Below, one piece after another: positions 10,354 to 20,012 of a DNA stretch of 37,894 nucleotides. The notes beneath the pieces are model-generated. The model made no database searches. It was not told the origin of the DNA and saw nothing but the letters and a program-made list of their open reading frames with translations. Source of the stretch: Deltaproteobacteria bacterium TL4 (GTDB lineage: Bacteria; SAR324; NAC60-12); contig JBBCAX010000285.1 of the NCBI GenBank assembly GCA_051382335.1, positions 1 to 37,894 of the forward strand. Reading direction: 5' to 3'. Each line of letters opens with the position of its first letter. Position 1 is the stretch's first letter. The translations under genes and the position numbers were made by a program.

Positions 10354-11355
10354 ATGGAAATTTGCTTATTAGACCGCGAAGCTTTAATGGTCAGGATTAC
10401 CTGTTACTCCCCCTTGAATGGTGCACTCTTGGACCAGTTAGCGCAAGATATGGTGAGTTTGAAGGAAAAAGGCGCCATGGGATTTATCTTCGATTTAAGC
10501 AAGACCCCCTTTGTTAGCAGTGGTGCCATCAATTTCCTGTCTTTACTTGGGGCAGACGCGGTGATGGGAAACGACAGGTTGCGAGTGATTTGTCCCAATC
10601 CTAAAATCTTACTTAATTTTGAAATTTCAGGCTTGCAGCGATACGTGAAAATCATGCCTTCCCTTGAGGAGGCAACGGCTGATTTAAAACAGGCTTTGTT
10701 TATTGAAGACGAGCTGTTGAGTCCACCTCAGATTGTCAGATCACAGGATGGCGAAGTGGCCCTCACAACTTCCCTTCCGAAACAATCAGGGGCACAGCCT
10801 GATGAACTCCTACCTGCGATTTATCACTTTGAAGATCTGGCCAAAGATCTACTGTCCAATCCTTACTTATTGCCACCCGCAGAGATTTCCGAGGATGGAA
10901 TTTTGAATGCGATCAAGCACCTTTCCTTCAAAATGAAAGACAACTATGAACGGCTGCAAACAGTAGGAGCCTTAGCCTTAAACCTTGATAATGAGAGCTT
11001 GGTCGCCAAACGAGGTTACCCTGTCCGTGAATGGGCTCGATCTTTTGTGATCAGTCAGGGGGAAGGCAAGAAAATACGGCACATTCTATTAACGATTGGA
11101 GCCTATGTCCACAAAAAGGCCAAAAGTTTATCTTATTCACAAGCACAAGCTTTAGATGCCTATGAGTTTGATTGCTATTTTGCTTTTTCTGTTGCGGAAT
11201 CTTGCTCCCTCTACGGTCCCCCCCAAGGTCAAAGAGAAGCTAACCAAATGAAATTTCAACAGTATAACAACCGGGATCCCAAAGTTCAGAGCTTTGTAGT
11301 TAGCCTGTTTACCTCGTTACAAACCCACCTCCAAAAAGCACAAACAACGGAATAA
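10354..11355 (+). CDS. STAS (anti-anti-sigma-like) domain fused to an unknown C-terminal domain
   Basis: FIFDLSKTPFVSSGAI and FEISGLQRYVKIMPSLEEA fit the STAS pattern with the phosphorylatable Ser; ~200 further residues are unrecognised. Confidence 0.75.
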   Translation: MEICLLDREALMVRITCYSPLNGALLDQLAQDMVSLKEKGAMGFIFDLSKTPFVSSGAINFLSLLGADAVMGNDRLRVICPNPKILLNFEISGLQRYVKIMPSLEEATADLKQALFIEDELLSPPQIVRSQDGEVALTTSLPKQSGAQPDELLPAIYHFEDLAKDLLSNPYLLPPAEISEDGILNAIKHLSFKMKDNYERLQTVGALALNLDNESLVAKRGYPVREWARSFVISQGEGKKIRHILLTIGAYVHKKAKSLSYSQAQALDAYEFDCYFAFSVAESCSLYGPPQGQREANQMKFQQYNNRDPKVQSFVVSLFTSLQTHLQKAQTTE

Positions 11356-11439
11356 GGCCTTATTCTTGCTTTGATACATCCATCGCAGGGGGATAAGCCG
11401 CATTCTTTTTACTCCAGAACCAGGAGTTTGGACACCCCC

Positions 11440-11793
11440 TTACGCTCTCTTCTTTTTTTTCTCCTTTTCAATGACTTGCAGTGCCTTTTTTTGGGAGGGG
11501 TAGATGGACACCAATTCATTGATATTGATGGTTTCGAAGGTTTTTAGCAAAACAGGAGCGTCAATAAGAAGGATCAGTTGGACATCCTCTTCCGCAAGCA
11601 GGTGAAAGCTCCATAAAATGACCCCAATGCCTTCGCTGGAGATCCAATCAAATTTGAGCAGATCCAGGAGCACATACCGATAGCCTGAGGATTTTAATTT
11701 TTCCAGAGGTTCCTTCACCTGAGCCGCTTTTTCCAGTGGAGTTTCTGAACGAATTAAAGCAATTTGGTTTTCAGACAAAATTTCAATTTCCAT
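11440..11793 (-). CDS. STAS anti-sigma-factor antagonist
   Basis: VLLDLLKFDWISSEGIGVIL; AAAGGA RBS before ATG 11793; paralog of 18481-18807. Confidence 0.85.
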   Translation of the reverse strand: MEIEILSENQIALIRSETPLEKAAQVKEPLEKLKSSGYRYVLLDLLKFDWISSEGIGVILWSFHLLAEEDVQLILLIDAPVLLKTFETININELVSIYPSQKKALQVIEKEKKKKRA

Positions 11794-11836
11794 GGAGAAT
11801 CCTTTCATTGGTTGTGGTCATTTAGCCTTTTCCATG

Positions 11837-13387
11837 TCACAACCGCTTTTGAAGTTGTTGATCTAATTGACTTAGAACCTCATCATCGAGGGGTGAATCC
11901 TTCTGTTCCAAATCCTTGGAAGAAAGAAGACTGACGCGATAATTAATTTTCGACTGAAAATGAAGCAATTCCCCTCTTTTCTCAAGAGAGAGATCTGAAA
12001 CAGCCAGCGCCAGCGCAACCGCCGTCCCCGCATCGTTCAGGATTCGAATGAACCAGTTGTTGGGAGGTGTGAAGGCGATGACATCCTGGCAGATCGAATA
12101 AAAGGAAAGGACAAAATTAGCAAATTCGGATAACAGTATTATATCTTTCTTATCCGGGATACTTCCCATCTGTTTCATGGCCAGTCTATAGTGCTTGTGT
12201 CCAACCTTAAAGGCCTGTTTGATTTGATCCCGGTTTTCTTCCGAACGATCTCCCGCTTCGAAGCGTTTCAGCGCGAATTTAATTTGCGCATGGCAGACAC
12301 GGCACTGAATAAGATACACTAACGGATTGTGCTGATCGAAACGAATTAGCCGTTGAGCGATTTCTTGAGCCACAGGGAGAAGCAAAGGCATCGCCCCCAG
12401 AATATTGACCACATTCAAGGCTTTCTGAACGATCAATTCCTTGGCCTGTTCGGCTTTAGGCATCGCCTTGACGTCTTCCCTGGAACTTCCACCAAGCGCG
12501 AAGTCCACCAGTTCGTTCAGAGAGAACGGGGAAGGCATCAGTTTCCTCATATCCTGCGTATTGATCACAGGACGCAGCAGATCCCTATAGGCATCCAAAA
12601 TCCTGATGTTGGTATTCATAAGAAACAGCACCTCCAGGAGTGTTTTGGTATGAGTGGATGCCTTTTTTTCGTTGTTCAGTTTGTGTTCAACATCTTTGAC
12701 GCGGGTTTTCATAAACTGTTGCAGATGCTGGAGATAGGTGCCATAAGCCCAGAGAGAGACCTGCAACCCCATGGCGCTGAACTCGTAAAAATGCAAAGCG
12801 ACAGTCGATTGTAATAAAAAGCTTTGATAAACTTTTACAGGAAATTCTTTGACTTGTTCAGTGAACAGGGTGTCGATATTGCTTTTACGAATTTCATAAA
12901 CCAAGTTCACACGGGATTCCACATTTTCCGGATCTTTTTTTAAGGCCCTAATCAACTTTTTCACCCGTTTGTCAGGAGGATAATACAAAAGTTCTTCTCC
13001 TGTAATTTCCTTGATGGACCGTTCTTGAAAAGAAGGCGCTACCTTGGCGGATATTTTTTGAAGCACGTTTTGGTCTTTCCACTTCTTTATTTCTTTTTTA
13101 CGCCGCACCACATCGGATTCCCACATTTCGATGGTTCCTGGAATATTCCCAATATCTTCCGCCAGTACTTTCCGCTCTCCCATGGTCTCAGTGCCTCCCT
13201 CTCCAAAAATATCTTTGTGATAAAATCCTTTTATTGTTTTTTTCTTGGGTGAAGGCGTCGCCTCTTGTTTTCCGCTTTCCGGATTCTCATGAGCATCCAT
13301 GATTTCGTCCAGTTTTTCGCATAAGTCATTTTCCGGAGCCGTCTTGTTAACTTCCCCAGAGGAAGCTTTTGTTCCTGGATTTGCCAT
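11837..13387 (-). CDS. Uncharacterised helical-repeat (TPR-like) protein
   Basis: 516 aa; GGAGG RBS; disordered N-terminus; TPR-like turns ALKKDPENVESRVNL and LIRFDQHNPLVYL. Confidence 0.7.
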   Translation of the reverse strand: MANPGTKASSGEVNKTAPENDLCEKLDEIMDAHENPESGKQEATPSPKKKTIKGFYHKDIFGEGGTETMGERKVLAEDIGNIPGTIEMWESDVVRRKKEIKKWKDQNVLQKISAKVAPSFQERSIKEITGEELLYYPPDKRVKKLIRALKKDPENVESRVNLVYEIRKSNIDTLFTEQVKEFPVKVYQSFLLQSTVALHFYEFSAMGLQVSLWAYGTYLQHLQQFMKTRVKDVEHKLNNEKKASTHTKTLLEVLFLMNTNIRILDAYRDLLRPVINTQDMRKLMPSPFSLNELVDFALGGSSREDVKAMPKAEQAKELIVQKALNVVNILGAMPLLLPVAQEIAQRLIRFDQHNPLVYLIQCRVCHAQIKFALKRFEAGDRSEENRDQIKQAFKVGHKHYRLAMKQMGSIPDKKDIILLSEFANFVLSFYSICQDVIAFTPPNNWFIRILNDAGTAVALALAVSDLSLEKRGELLHFQSKINYRVSLLSSKDLEQKDSPLDDEVLSQLDQQLQKRL

Positions 13388-13471
13388 AATACCTCCGAAT
13401 TCGATATGAAATGTGGATCTTCAGGTTCTTAGAACGTAGATTTTCAAGAAAATCCGCATCCTGAATAAATA

Positions 13472-15973
13472 TCAAGCGGTTCTTTTTTCTTCCAATAGTT
13501 GTGTAATTCCCAGCACTTCATGCACAAAACGTATTACGTTCTGAGGATTTTCCAGAGAGTCAATTTTATAAGGGACAGGAAAAATTTCGACACTTCCTGT
13601 TTCCTGAACATTCAACCCGATGAGAATTTCCAGAATGGTTTCCTGATGCCTGTCCAATTTTTTGGAAGAGGGAATCAACATCATGATGGGAATATGAGCA
13701 AAAGAGGATTGATTTCTGGCTTTGATACAGGGAACAACCCGATCAAATTCATAGTCTTGGTAATCAATGAGTACCATAGAAAAGGCTTCTGATTCAAAAT
13801 CCCGAGTTTCCGGTAAATTTTTACTGTAATGAATCCGGTTGGGAAGTGAGGCGTTGGGGAAAGCCATTCTTAAGCCTTCCTCAGGAAGTTGTTCTGCTTT
13901 GGTGACACAACGAATACAAACACTATTCAAAATCTCTAAAGCGGATTTTCCGGTTTTCCGAGCTTCTTCCAGTAAAAAACTCCCTGTCCGTAAGTGCTCC
14001 AAATTTCTCAATTGTGAAATTCCACAGCCTAAGGCTAAAAATTCCAACTTTTTCAGATTATATTCCGCCAGCGGTGCGAATAGATCCGTTAAGACGAGTT
14101 TTTTATTGGAATCCTCCGTCTCTCCCAGATCTTTCTGTAATTCTTTCACCTCACAGACCAAACGTTTCAGTTGTATTTCCAGTTCTGCGAGTTTATACAT
14201 TTGAGTCTTTTTATAGGTCATAATTTTCGCGATATCGGCCAGATCTTTTCCCGTTATGATATTGGGATAGAGGCTCTCCAGAAATAAGGAGGGTATTCCT
14301 TCTGGACCGGATTTTTTCGTCTCTGCCCTGGTTTTAGAGAACATCTTCTCAGAAAAGCCCTGTTTGAGGAAGTCATTGACGTCCAGGGAAATCTCATTTA
14401 ATTCGGCAGTGCTTTTCCCCGCGTCAGGATGCTGATCGCTCACCGTGTAGTGATACCTGCGTATGCGCAATTTCAGGATCAAGTGTCCCTGTTTGCTTAA
14501 GTTCCAGTTATTAAACAGGATCAGTTCAAACTTTGAAAACGCTGGGTTTTCCTTCAGAAATTTTTGATAGGCTTCCGGACCTTGTTCCGGAATCTGTTTT
14601 TTGTAAGTTCGAAACAAGTCATGAATTTCCAGAAAGTTCATCACCATGATTTTATGACGTGGAAACTTTTTAGAAACTAAATAGTCAATAATCTCAGGGT
14701 TGAAGTCATCCACAATTAAATAATTGAGAAAATTTTTCATGATGGCTTCAAACTGGAATATGCTGGGAACCTGTTTGGTATATTCCAGGAGCAGAGACTC
14801 GATTAAAGTAAAGTAGCCTTTTTTATAAAATTCTAATTTTTTGTTAAGAACCGCCAAAGTCATGCTACGTTTTTTATGTTCTTGCATCAACGTCCAATAT
14901 TCCTGAAATTTAAGCCTCAACAAAACCAGTTGCGTTTCCTGCTCTGCGCCCAATAGCTTTTCTTCGAGGTTTGTGAATTGCTTTTCCAATTTATTTTTGA
15001 ATTGATAAATCCTGGGAGTCGGTTGAACATGGAGGGTGGACAAATCATCTTCTAAACGAAAAAATCGATTCCGCGCCTCTTCGCCTACAAGCTCTTTGAG
15101 TTCTGGGAAATCACACTGAAACAGGATAAAATAATCAAAGGCTTTCAACAGAGACTCCTCAAATTCTGTATGGCGTTTCACCAGGACCATGTTGAAGTGG
15201 TATTTTGACAACTGACCGCGAATTTTCTCGGCATAACTGTCGTACAAATCAGAGTGAATCAGAATCAGTAACTTGATATCGGTTTCCAACATTTGCAAAC
15301 GGTTGACTTTTTCCTGCATTTGCTGCACTCGCAGCAGATTTTCCATTTTATCACTGGTATGCTGACTGTAAAAATAATCCTGCACCACATCAGGAGAATT
15401 CAGAAGTTCAAAAAGCAGACTAATGAAATTCTCTGTTTTTACCTTGGTGAGACGATAGGACCATTGGAGAAACAAGGGGTCATTTTCCAGTCTGAAATCT
15501 CTATGATCTGTAATCGCGACTAGGATAGAATGAGGGTTATTTTTGCGATAGCTTTGCAAACAGGAACGCAACCGATTTATTATTTTGGAGTTTTCCATTA
15601 GCTGAACCCACGGAGGAAACTCAAAGTGGACAAAGATTAAATCTCCATACAATAAGTTGTTCGGGTGGATATCGTAGCTGTTCACTAAGCGGGGCATAAT
15701 ATTTAATTCCCGCCAAAAATGATAGGAATGGGTGACAGCACGCTGAATCGTTTGATCCGCGTATTGAAGCCGTTTTTCGATCCGTTTGGCGATTTCACTC
15801 TCATTCAACAGATTCCAGGCATATTTTCCCTGGTGCTCAAAGAGTTGAATTTCTACTGAGAGGTAGGTTAAGTAAAAAGGCAGGGAGATTTCCCCTTTTT
15901 GCAGGAAGCTTTCATATTTTGCTGCAATGGCTTTTTCCAATTGTGGTGTGAGGGAAATATTGGATTTTTGCAT
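13472..15973 (-). CDS. Uncharacterised protein with putative tandem degenerate receiver-like domains and coiled coils
   Basis: 833 aa; receiver-like strands YLIVDD, FSMVLID...HIPIMML, DLIFVH...ILVAIT...YRLTK and KLLILI...FDYFIL, separated by heptad-rich helices. The domain call is by eye. Confidence 0.65.
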   Translation of the reverse strand: MQKSNISLTPQLEKAIAAKYESFLQKGEISLPFYLTYLSVEIQLFEHQGKYAWNLLNESEIAKRIEKRLQYADQTIQRAVTHSYHFWRELNIMPRLVNSYDIHPNNLLYGDLIFVHFEFPPWVQLMENSKIINRLRSCLQSYRKNNPHSILVAITDHRDFRLENDPLFLQWSYRLTKVKTENFISLLFELLNSPDVVQDYFYSQHTSDKMENLLRVQQMQEKVNRLQMLETDIKLLILIHSDLYDSYAEKIRGQLSKYHFNMVLVKRHTEFEESLLKAFDYFILFQCDFPELKELVGEEARNRFFRLEDDLSTLHVQPTPRIYQFKNKLEKQFTNLEEKLLGAEQETQLVLLRLKFQEYWTLMQEHKKRSMTLAVLNKKLEFYKKGYFTLIESLLLEYTKQVPSIFQFEAIMKNFLNYLIVDDFNPEIIDYLVSKKFPRHKIMVMNFLEIHDLFRTYKKQIPEQGPEAYQKFLKENPAFSKFELILFNNWNLSKQGHLILKLRIRRYHYTVSDQHPDAGKSTAELNEISLDVNDFLKQGFSEKMFSKTRAETKKSGPEGIPSLFLESLYPNIITGKDLADIAKIMTYKKTQMYKLAELEIQLKRLVCEVKELQKDLGETEDSNKKLVLTDLFAPLAEYNLKKLEFLALGCGISQLRNLEHLRTGSFLLEEARKTGKSALEILNSVCIRCVTKAEQLPEEGLRMAFPNASLPNRIHYSKNLPETRDFESEAFSMVLIDYQDYEFDRVVPCIKARNQSSFAHIPIMMLIPSSKKLDRHQETILEILIGLNVQETGSVEIFPVPYKIDSLENPQNVIRFVHEVLGITQLLEEKRTA

Positions 15974-16035
15974 ATTAATTTTCCATGGACGAAACCACGT
16001 TTCCTGACGTTGTCAGAGTTGATTCCTTTACTCAA

Positions 16036-16065
16036 GTCATTGCGAGGAGGAACGGCTCAGCAAGC
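16036..16065. repeat. Degenerate REP-like remnant
   Basis: GTCATTGCGAGGAGGAACG...AGCAAGC resembles the widespread GTCATTGCGAG...GCAATC palindromic repeat family; single copy here. Confidence 0.35.
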
Positions 16066-16089
16066 TTAAAATGGGGTATGTTACAGCGA

Positions 16090-16941
16090 CTAGATCACAA
16101 CCACCTGATTGCGTCCCCCTTCCTTTGCTTGATAGAGAGCTTCATCCGCTTTTTCAAGGAACTTCAACTGATAATCCTCAAAGCAGGCGAGACCAAAACT
16201 CGCGGTGATTTTTTTCACCTCAGGAAATTCATCGTCTTCAATCGTTTTTCGTGTTCTTTCCGCAAAAAGCTTTGCGTTCTCTTTATTAGTTTCTGGCATC
16301 AAAATGACAAACTCCTCTCCCCCCCATCGAACGACAACATCCGTTTTTCTACATAAAGCCCTTAATATTTTAGCGAGATGAATCAGAACTTGATCTCCCG
16401 CAAAGTGCCCATAGGTGTCGTTGACTTGCTTAAAATGATCAATATCCATTAAGATCCCGGATAAATGCTGATGATATCTTTTGGTTCGCTCCACTTCCTG
16501 TTGTAGAAAGCTATTGAAGAAGGTTCTGTTATAGAGTCCGGTAAGATTATCGTAAGTGGCGAGTCGTTTAGACTCTAAGGTTCGGAATCCAGCCTGGATC
16601 CTGGCGATCAGTTCTTTGGGGTCAAAAGGCTTGCTCAGATAATCATCTCCGCCACAGTCCAAACCAAAAACTTTATCGTCCACTTTGGCTTTCGCGCTTA
16701 AAAAAATAATATAAATTTGTTGATATTTGCAATTCTCCCTTAATTTTTGACAAACCTCAAACCCGTTCATCTCCGGCATCATGACATCCAGCAAAATCAG
16801 ATCGGGTTCTTCCTCCTCTGTTTGTTTCAGCGCGCTCAGACCATTTTCTGCTTCAATGACGTCAAATTTATGTTTTTTTAAATGTCTTCGAATGGAGTTT
16901 CTGACGGAAACATTGTCATCCGCAATCAGTATTTTTCCCAT
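16090..16941 (-). CDS. Response regulator diguanylate cyclase (REC-GGDEF)
   Basis: KILIADD, DLILLDVMMP and SKPF; DNLTGLYNR, DIDHFKQVNDTYGH, I-site RKTD five residues before GGEEF. Confidence 0.95.
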   Translation of the reverse strand: MGKILIADDNVSVRNSIRRHLKKHKFDVIEAENGLSALKQTEEEEPDLILLDVMMPEMNGFEVCQKLRENCKYQQIYIIFLSAKAKVDDKVFGLDCGGDDYLSKPFDPKELIARIQAGFRTLESKRLATYDNLTGLYNRTFFNSFLQQEVERTKRYHQHLSGILMDIDHFKQVNDTYGHFAGDQVLIHLAKILRALCRKTDVVVRWGGEEFVILMPETNKENAKLFAERTRKTIEDDEFPEVKKITASFGLACFEDYQLKFLEKADEALYQAKEGGRNQVVVI

Positions 16942-16967
16942 AGTTCACCTCATGCATAAGAAAAAAA

Positions 16968-18464
16968 TCAGTCACCGGAAGCAGAGTCTTCCTTCAAAGG
17001 AATCGTGAAGCTAAAGCAGCTTCCCTCTCCAAAAACACTTTGGACCTCAATACGTCCGCCATGCGCTTCAACCAGTTTTTTAGTAATGGCCAACCCCAGT
17101 CCTGTTCCCTCGGAAGCGCGTTCTAAAGAACTATCCACTTGCATAAAAAGCATGAAAACATCCGGCAATTTTTCTGGCAAAATGCCGCAGCCTGTATCTT
17201 CAACTTCAAATTCCGCGAAATGATGGTGGGTTGAAGCGCGAATCGTAATCGTCCCTTTTGCTGTAAATTTGATGGCGTTACTTAATAAATTCAAAAAAAT
17301 TTGTTTTAAGCGAATGGGATCTGCTTCCAGTTCAAACTCTTTGACTTCTGTTTTAAGCCTTAACGCTTTATTTTCCGCCAGTACCTTCACCAGCGATTCC
17401 ACTTCGTTGACGACTTTCCTGGAAGATAAGACTTGTTTATGGATGTCCATTTTCCCTGCCTCTAATTTGGAAAAATCCAGCAAATCATTCACCATTGCTA
17501 ATAGATGAGCGGCGGCATGATTGATTTCCTGACCAATTTCAACCACTTCCTCCACGTCAGGGAGATCCTCCGGATCAAGAAAAAAATCAATGTCCGACAA
17601 AATCACGGTTAAAGGCGTCCGCAATTCATGGGAGATGTTATTGATAAAATCTGATTTAAGACGATTGATCTCCTCCGCTCTTTCTTTGGCCAGAATTAAG
17701 GCTTTTTCGCCTTTTTTAAATTCTGAAATATCGTGACTGACGGCGACAACATGGGTCACCTCCCCTTTTTCCTGATAGGGATAAAAGTGGACATCAAAGT
17801 ATCTCATGCCCAAGGTTGGAAGCCTAAAACTACTTTCGTAATGAACATCCTCTCCTTGGAAACATTGATCCAATTTCATTTTCAGATGTCCTTGAAAGGT
17901 TGCTTCACCCCAAACGTCAGCGACGGTTTTTCCAATAAGCTCTTTACGTGATTTGTTTTGAGAACGTTGATAAGCGTCATTGATCTCTACATAACGATAA
18001 TTTTTGTCAATGAGCGTCATGTAATCCAAAGAGGCATTCACCATGAATTCATATCTTCTGAGTTGCGCTCCTTTTTTTTTCAATTCATACAGAATATGCG
18101 CATGTTGGACCGCATAGCGTAGAGAACGGATCAATAAAGGAAAATCCAACTGATCTTTGGCCAGATAATCTGTTGCGCCATGCTGCATCGCCTTAATATC
18201 GACGGTCTCATCTCCATCATCGCTCATCATAATGACAGGAAGGTCATAGCCCTGTTTGCGAACTCTCTCCAAGAAACCGAAGCCATCCAACACCGGCATT
18301 TTAAAATCGGTAACGATGACATCAATATCCTCGGGATTTTGGGAAAACAAGGCCCAGCCTTCTTCACCATTGAGCGTGAAAACAACCTCATAACCTTCAT
18401 GGCTTAAACTTTCAGAGATCTTTTTCAGTAATTCAATTTCGTCGTCAATGAGTAAAATTTTCAT
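16968..18464 (-). CDS. Hybrid histidine kinase (REC-PAS-HisKA-HATPase)
   Basis: [20 protein letters not shown] ending [29 protein letters not shown] and GTGLGL. Confidence 0.94.
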   Translation of the reverse strand: MKILLIDDEIELLKKISESLSHEGYEVVFTLNGEEGWALFSQNPEDIDVIVTDFKMPVLDGFGFLERVRKQGYDLPVIMMSDDGDETVDIKAMQHGATDYLAKDQLDFPLLIRSLRYAVQHAHILYELKKKGAQLRRYEFMVNASLDYMTLIDKNYRYVEINDAYQRSQNKSRKELIGKTVADVWGEATFQGHLKMKLDQCFQGEDVHYESSFRLPTLGMRYFDVHFYPYQEKGEVTHVVAVSHDISEFKKGEKALILAKERAEEINRLKSDFINNISHELRTPLTVILSDIDFFLDPEDLPDVEEVVEIGQEINHAAAHLLAMVNDLLDFSKLEAGKMDIHKQVLSSRKVVNEVESLVKVLAENKALRLKTEVKEFELEADPIRLKQIFLNLLSNAIKFTAKGTITIRASTHHHFAEFEVEDTGCGILPEKLPDVFMLFMQVDSSLERASEGTGLGLAITKKLVEAHGGRIEVQSVFGEGSCFSFTIPLKEDSASGD

Positions 18465-18480
18465 GACCTCCTTCCTCTAT

Positions 18481-18807
18481 CTAAAGAGACTGAAGTGCTT
18501 CTTCCCTGGAGGGATAGATGGACATCAACTCATCAATATTCGTAATTTCAAAGGTATTCCGTAAGACCGGAGAGTCGGTCAGCAGGATCAGTTCAGCATC
18601 CACTTCAGCCAGTTGCGTACAGATCCATAAAATAACACCAATGCCTTTACTGGACATCCAGTCAAACGCAAGCAGATCCAGGAGCACATAATGATAGCCG
18701 GAGGCTTTTAAGGTTGCCAGGGTTTCTGCCACCTGAGCCGGATCTTCCAAGGGGGTTTCTGAACGAATTAAGGCAATTTGGTTTTCAGACAAAATTTCAA
18801 TCTTCAT
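18481..18807 (-). CDS. STAS anti-sigma-factor antagonist
   Basis: VLLDLLAFDWMSSKGIGVIL; AAAGGAG RBS before ATG 18807. The ORF-track extension runs into repeats. Confidence 0.88.
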   Translation of the reverse strand: MKIEILSENQIALIRSETPLEDPAQVAETLATLKASGYHYVLLDLLAFDWMSSKGIGVILWICTQLAEVDAELILLTDSPVLRNTFEITNIDELMSIYPSREEALQSL

Positions 18808-18845
18808 GGGTTCTCCTTTTATGCATTTGTCCAGATAAATTCCTG

Positions 18846-18870
18846 CTGGGAGCGCAGACATCCCGCCTGC
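18846..18870. repeat. Half REP of the 441-490 family
   Basis: CTGGGAGCGCAGACATCCCGCCTGC versus CTGGGAGCGAGGGCCTCTTGCCCTC at 440-464. Confidence 0.5.
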
Positions 18871-18905
18871 TTTGGCCAAAACTAAAGAAAGGCTTTTGCC
18901 TTTCT

Positions 18906-19028
18906 GGGCTTGGTCGTAAGTTCGGCCATTTTGATGGTAGCCCTGGGTTTCGTCCCAGGGGATACCGCACACATTGTTCCTCGGGGCGAAACCCGAGGCT
19001 ACCCCTGGCCGAAGTTAGACCCAAGCCC
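18906..19028. mobile_element. 123-bp MITE with 8-bp TSD carrying a GTAG-REP doublet (copy 1)
   Basis: TSD GCCTTTCT at 18898-18905 and 19029-19036. TIRs GGGCTTGGTCGTAAGTTCGGCCA / TGGCCGAAGTTAGACCCAAGCCC. Core GTAGCCCTGGGTTTCGTCCCAGGG...CCTCGGGGCGAAACCCGAGGCTAC. Inverted near-identical copy at 31222-31344. Confidence 0.9.
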
Positions 19029-19178
19029 GCCTTTCTGGTCAAAGCAAGCTTTGACACTCCTAATAATGAGTCGTTTAAATGGATCATCCAAAAAAAGCTT
19101 TCTGAATTTATTTAAATGAATGTCTATAGCTGAGCCATTTTTATTAGAATGTGGATTCTTTTTTCCTTGGAGAGAAAG

Positions 19179-20012
19179 TTACGCTAAAACTTCCAATCCT
19201 ACCAAGGTGATGTCATCGCTAAAGCCATTGTTAGAATAGGCTAGCGCATACTCGTAAAACTGGTCTATCAAGGCTGTTAGGGCTAAGTCACAATACGTTT
19301 TTAAAAATTGTTCCAACCCCTCGATTCCCATCCTTTGATCCTGCTTACCGAGCACTTCGAGAATGCCGTCAGTATATAGCAAGACCTTGTCGCCCGCAAG
19401 GAGTTGAAATGTTTTTTCTTCGTAATTCACAATCTTTCTGGAAAGCAGACCCACCACCATGCCTTTGGTCTTAAGCGGAAAAATTTCCTGAGTTTGAGGA
19501 CGGATGACCATTCCTGGGGGATGAGCGGCGCTGGTATAAGTTAAAGTCTGATTGGAAGAATCATAAATTCCATAGAACATAGTGGCAAACATGCCTGCGG
19601 GTAATTTCCCTTCTAACATCCCATTGGTCATTCGGATAACCGCTTCTGGTAAAGGCATTCCATACGCGTTGTTTTTGAAGGTAATGGCAATCATGAACGA
19701 GAGCAAGGCTGCTGAAATACCGTGTCCGGTTACGTCTCCCACCATAATACCCAGTTTATCTTTCTCAACTTCAAACACATCATAAAAATCTCCCCCAAGC
19801 TGTTGAATGGGGATATATTTACAGACAACTTGAGTTTTGTGGAAAACAGGAGGTTTTTCGGGAAAAAGGACTTTTTGCGTCATTTTGGCCTGTTCCAATT
19901 CCGCGTCAAGTTGGGCTTGCTGATGCTTTATGATTTGGTATGATTCCTGAAGTGCCCTCTCGTTTCGTTTGCGTTCTTCATTTTTCTGTTCCTTCCTTAA
20001 GATTTTATTCAC
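19179..20012 (-). CDS. PP2C/SpoIIE (RsbU-like) Ser/Thr phosphatase
   Basis: LGGDFYD, VGDVTGHG, FATMFYG, AAHPP, LYTDGI and DDIT motifs. The GTG start overlaps the upstream stop (GTGA). Confidence 0.93.
   Translation of the reverse strand: MNKILRKEQKNEERKRNERALQESYQIIKHQQAQLDAELEQAKMTQKVLFPEKPPVFHKTQVVCKYIPIQQLGGDFYDVFEVEKDKLGIMVGDVTGHGISAALLSFMIAITFKNNAYGMPLPEAVIRMTNGMLEGKLPAGMFATMFYGIYDSSNQTLTYTSAAHPPGMVIRPQTQEIFPLKTKGMVVGLLSRKIVNYEEKTFQLLAGDKVLLYTDGILEVLGKQDQRMGIEGLEQFLKTYCDLALTALIDQFYEYALAYSNNGFSDDITLVGLEVLA

Noticed and set aside
11350..11365. 16-bp perfect palindrome GAATAAGGCCTTATTC over a stop codon as a terminator
   Set aside because: No loop or clear U-tract and a single occurrence; no function can be assigned.
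13411..13459. Imperfect inverted repeat ATGTGGATCTTC/GAAAATCCGCAT as a terminator or ncRNA
   Set aside because: Long loop, 10/12 match and no U-tract; insufficient support.
18808..18972. N-terminal extension of the STAS ORF (likewise 20912-21046, 2028-2066 and 35609-35716)
   Set aside because: The extensions run through repeats, spacers or the upstream gene; better RBS-ATG pairs lie at the domain starts.
18714..19119. ORFs 18714-19115, 18797-19087, 18910-19119 and the similar 30975-31346 and 31181-31486
   Set aside because: Their mutual similarity comes only from the shared 123-bp MITE; they have no protein-like features.
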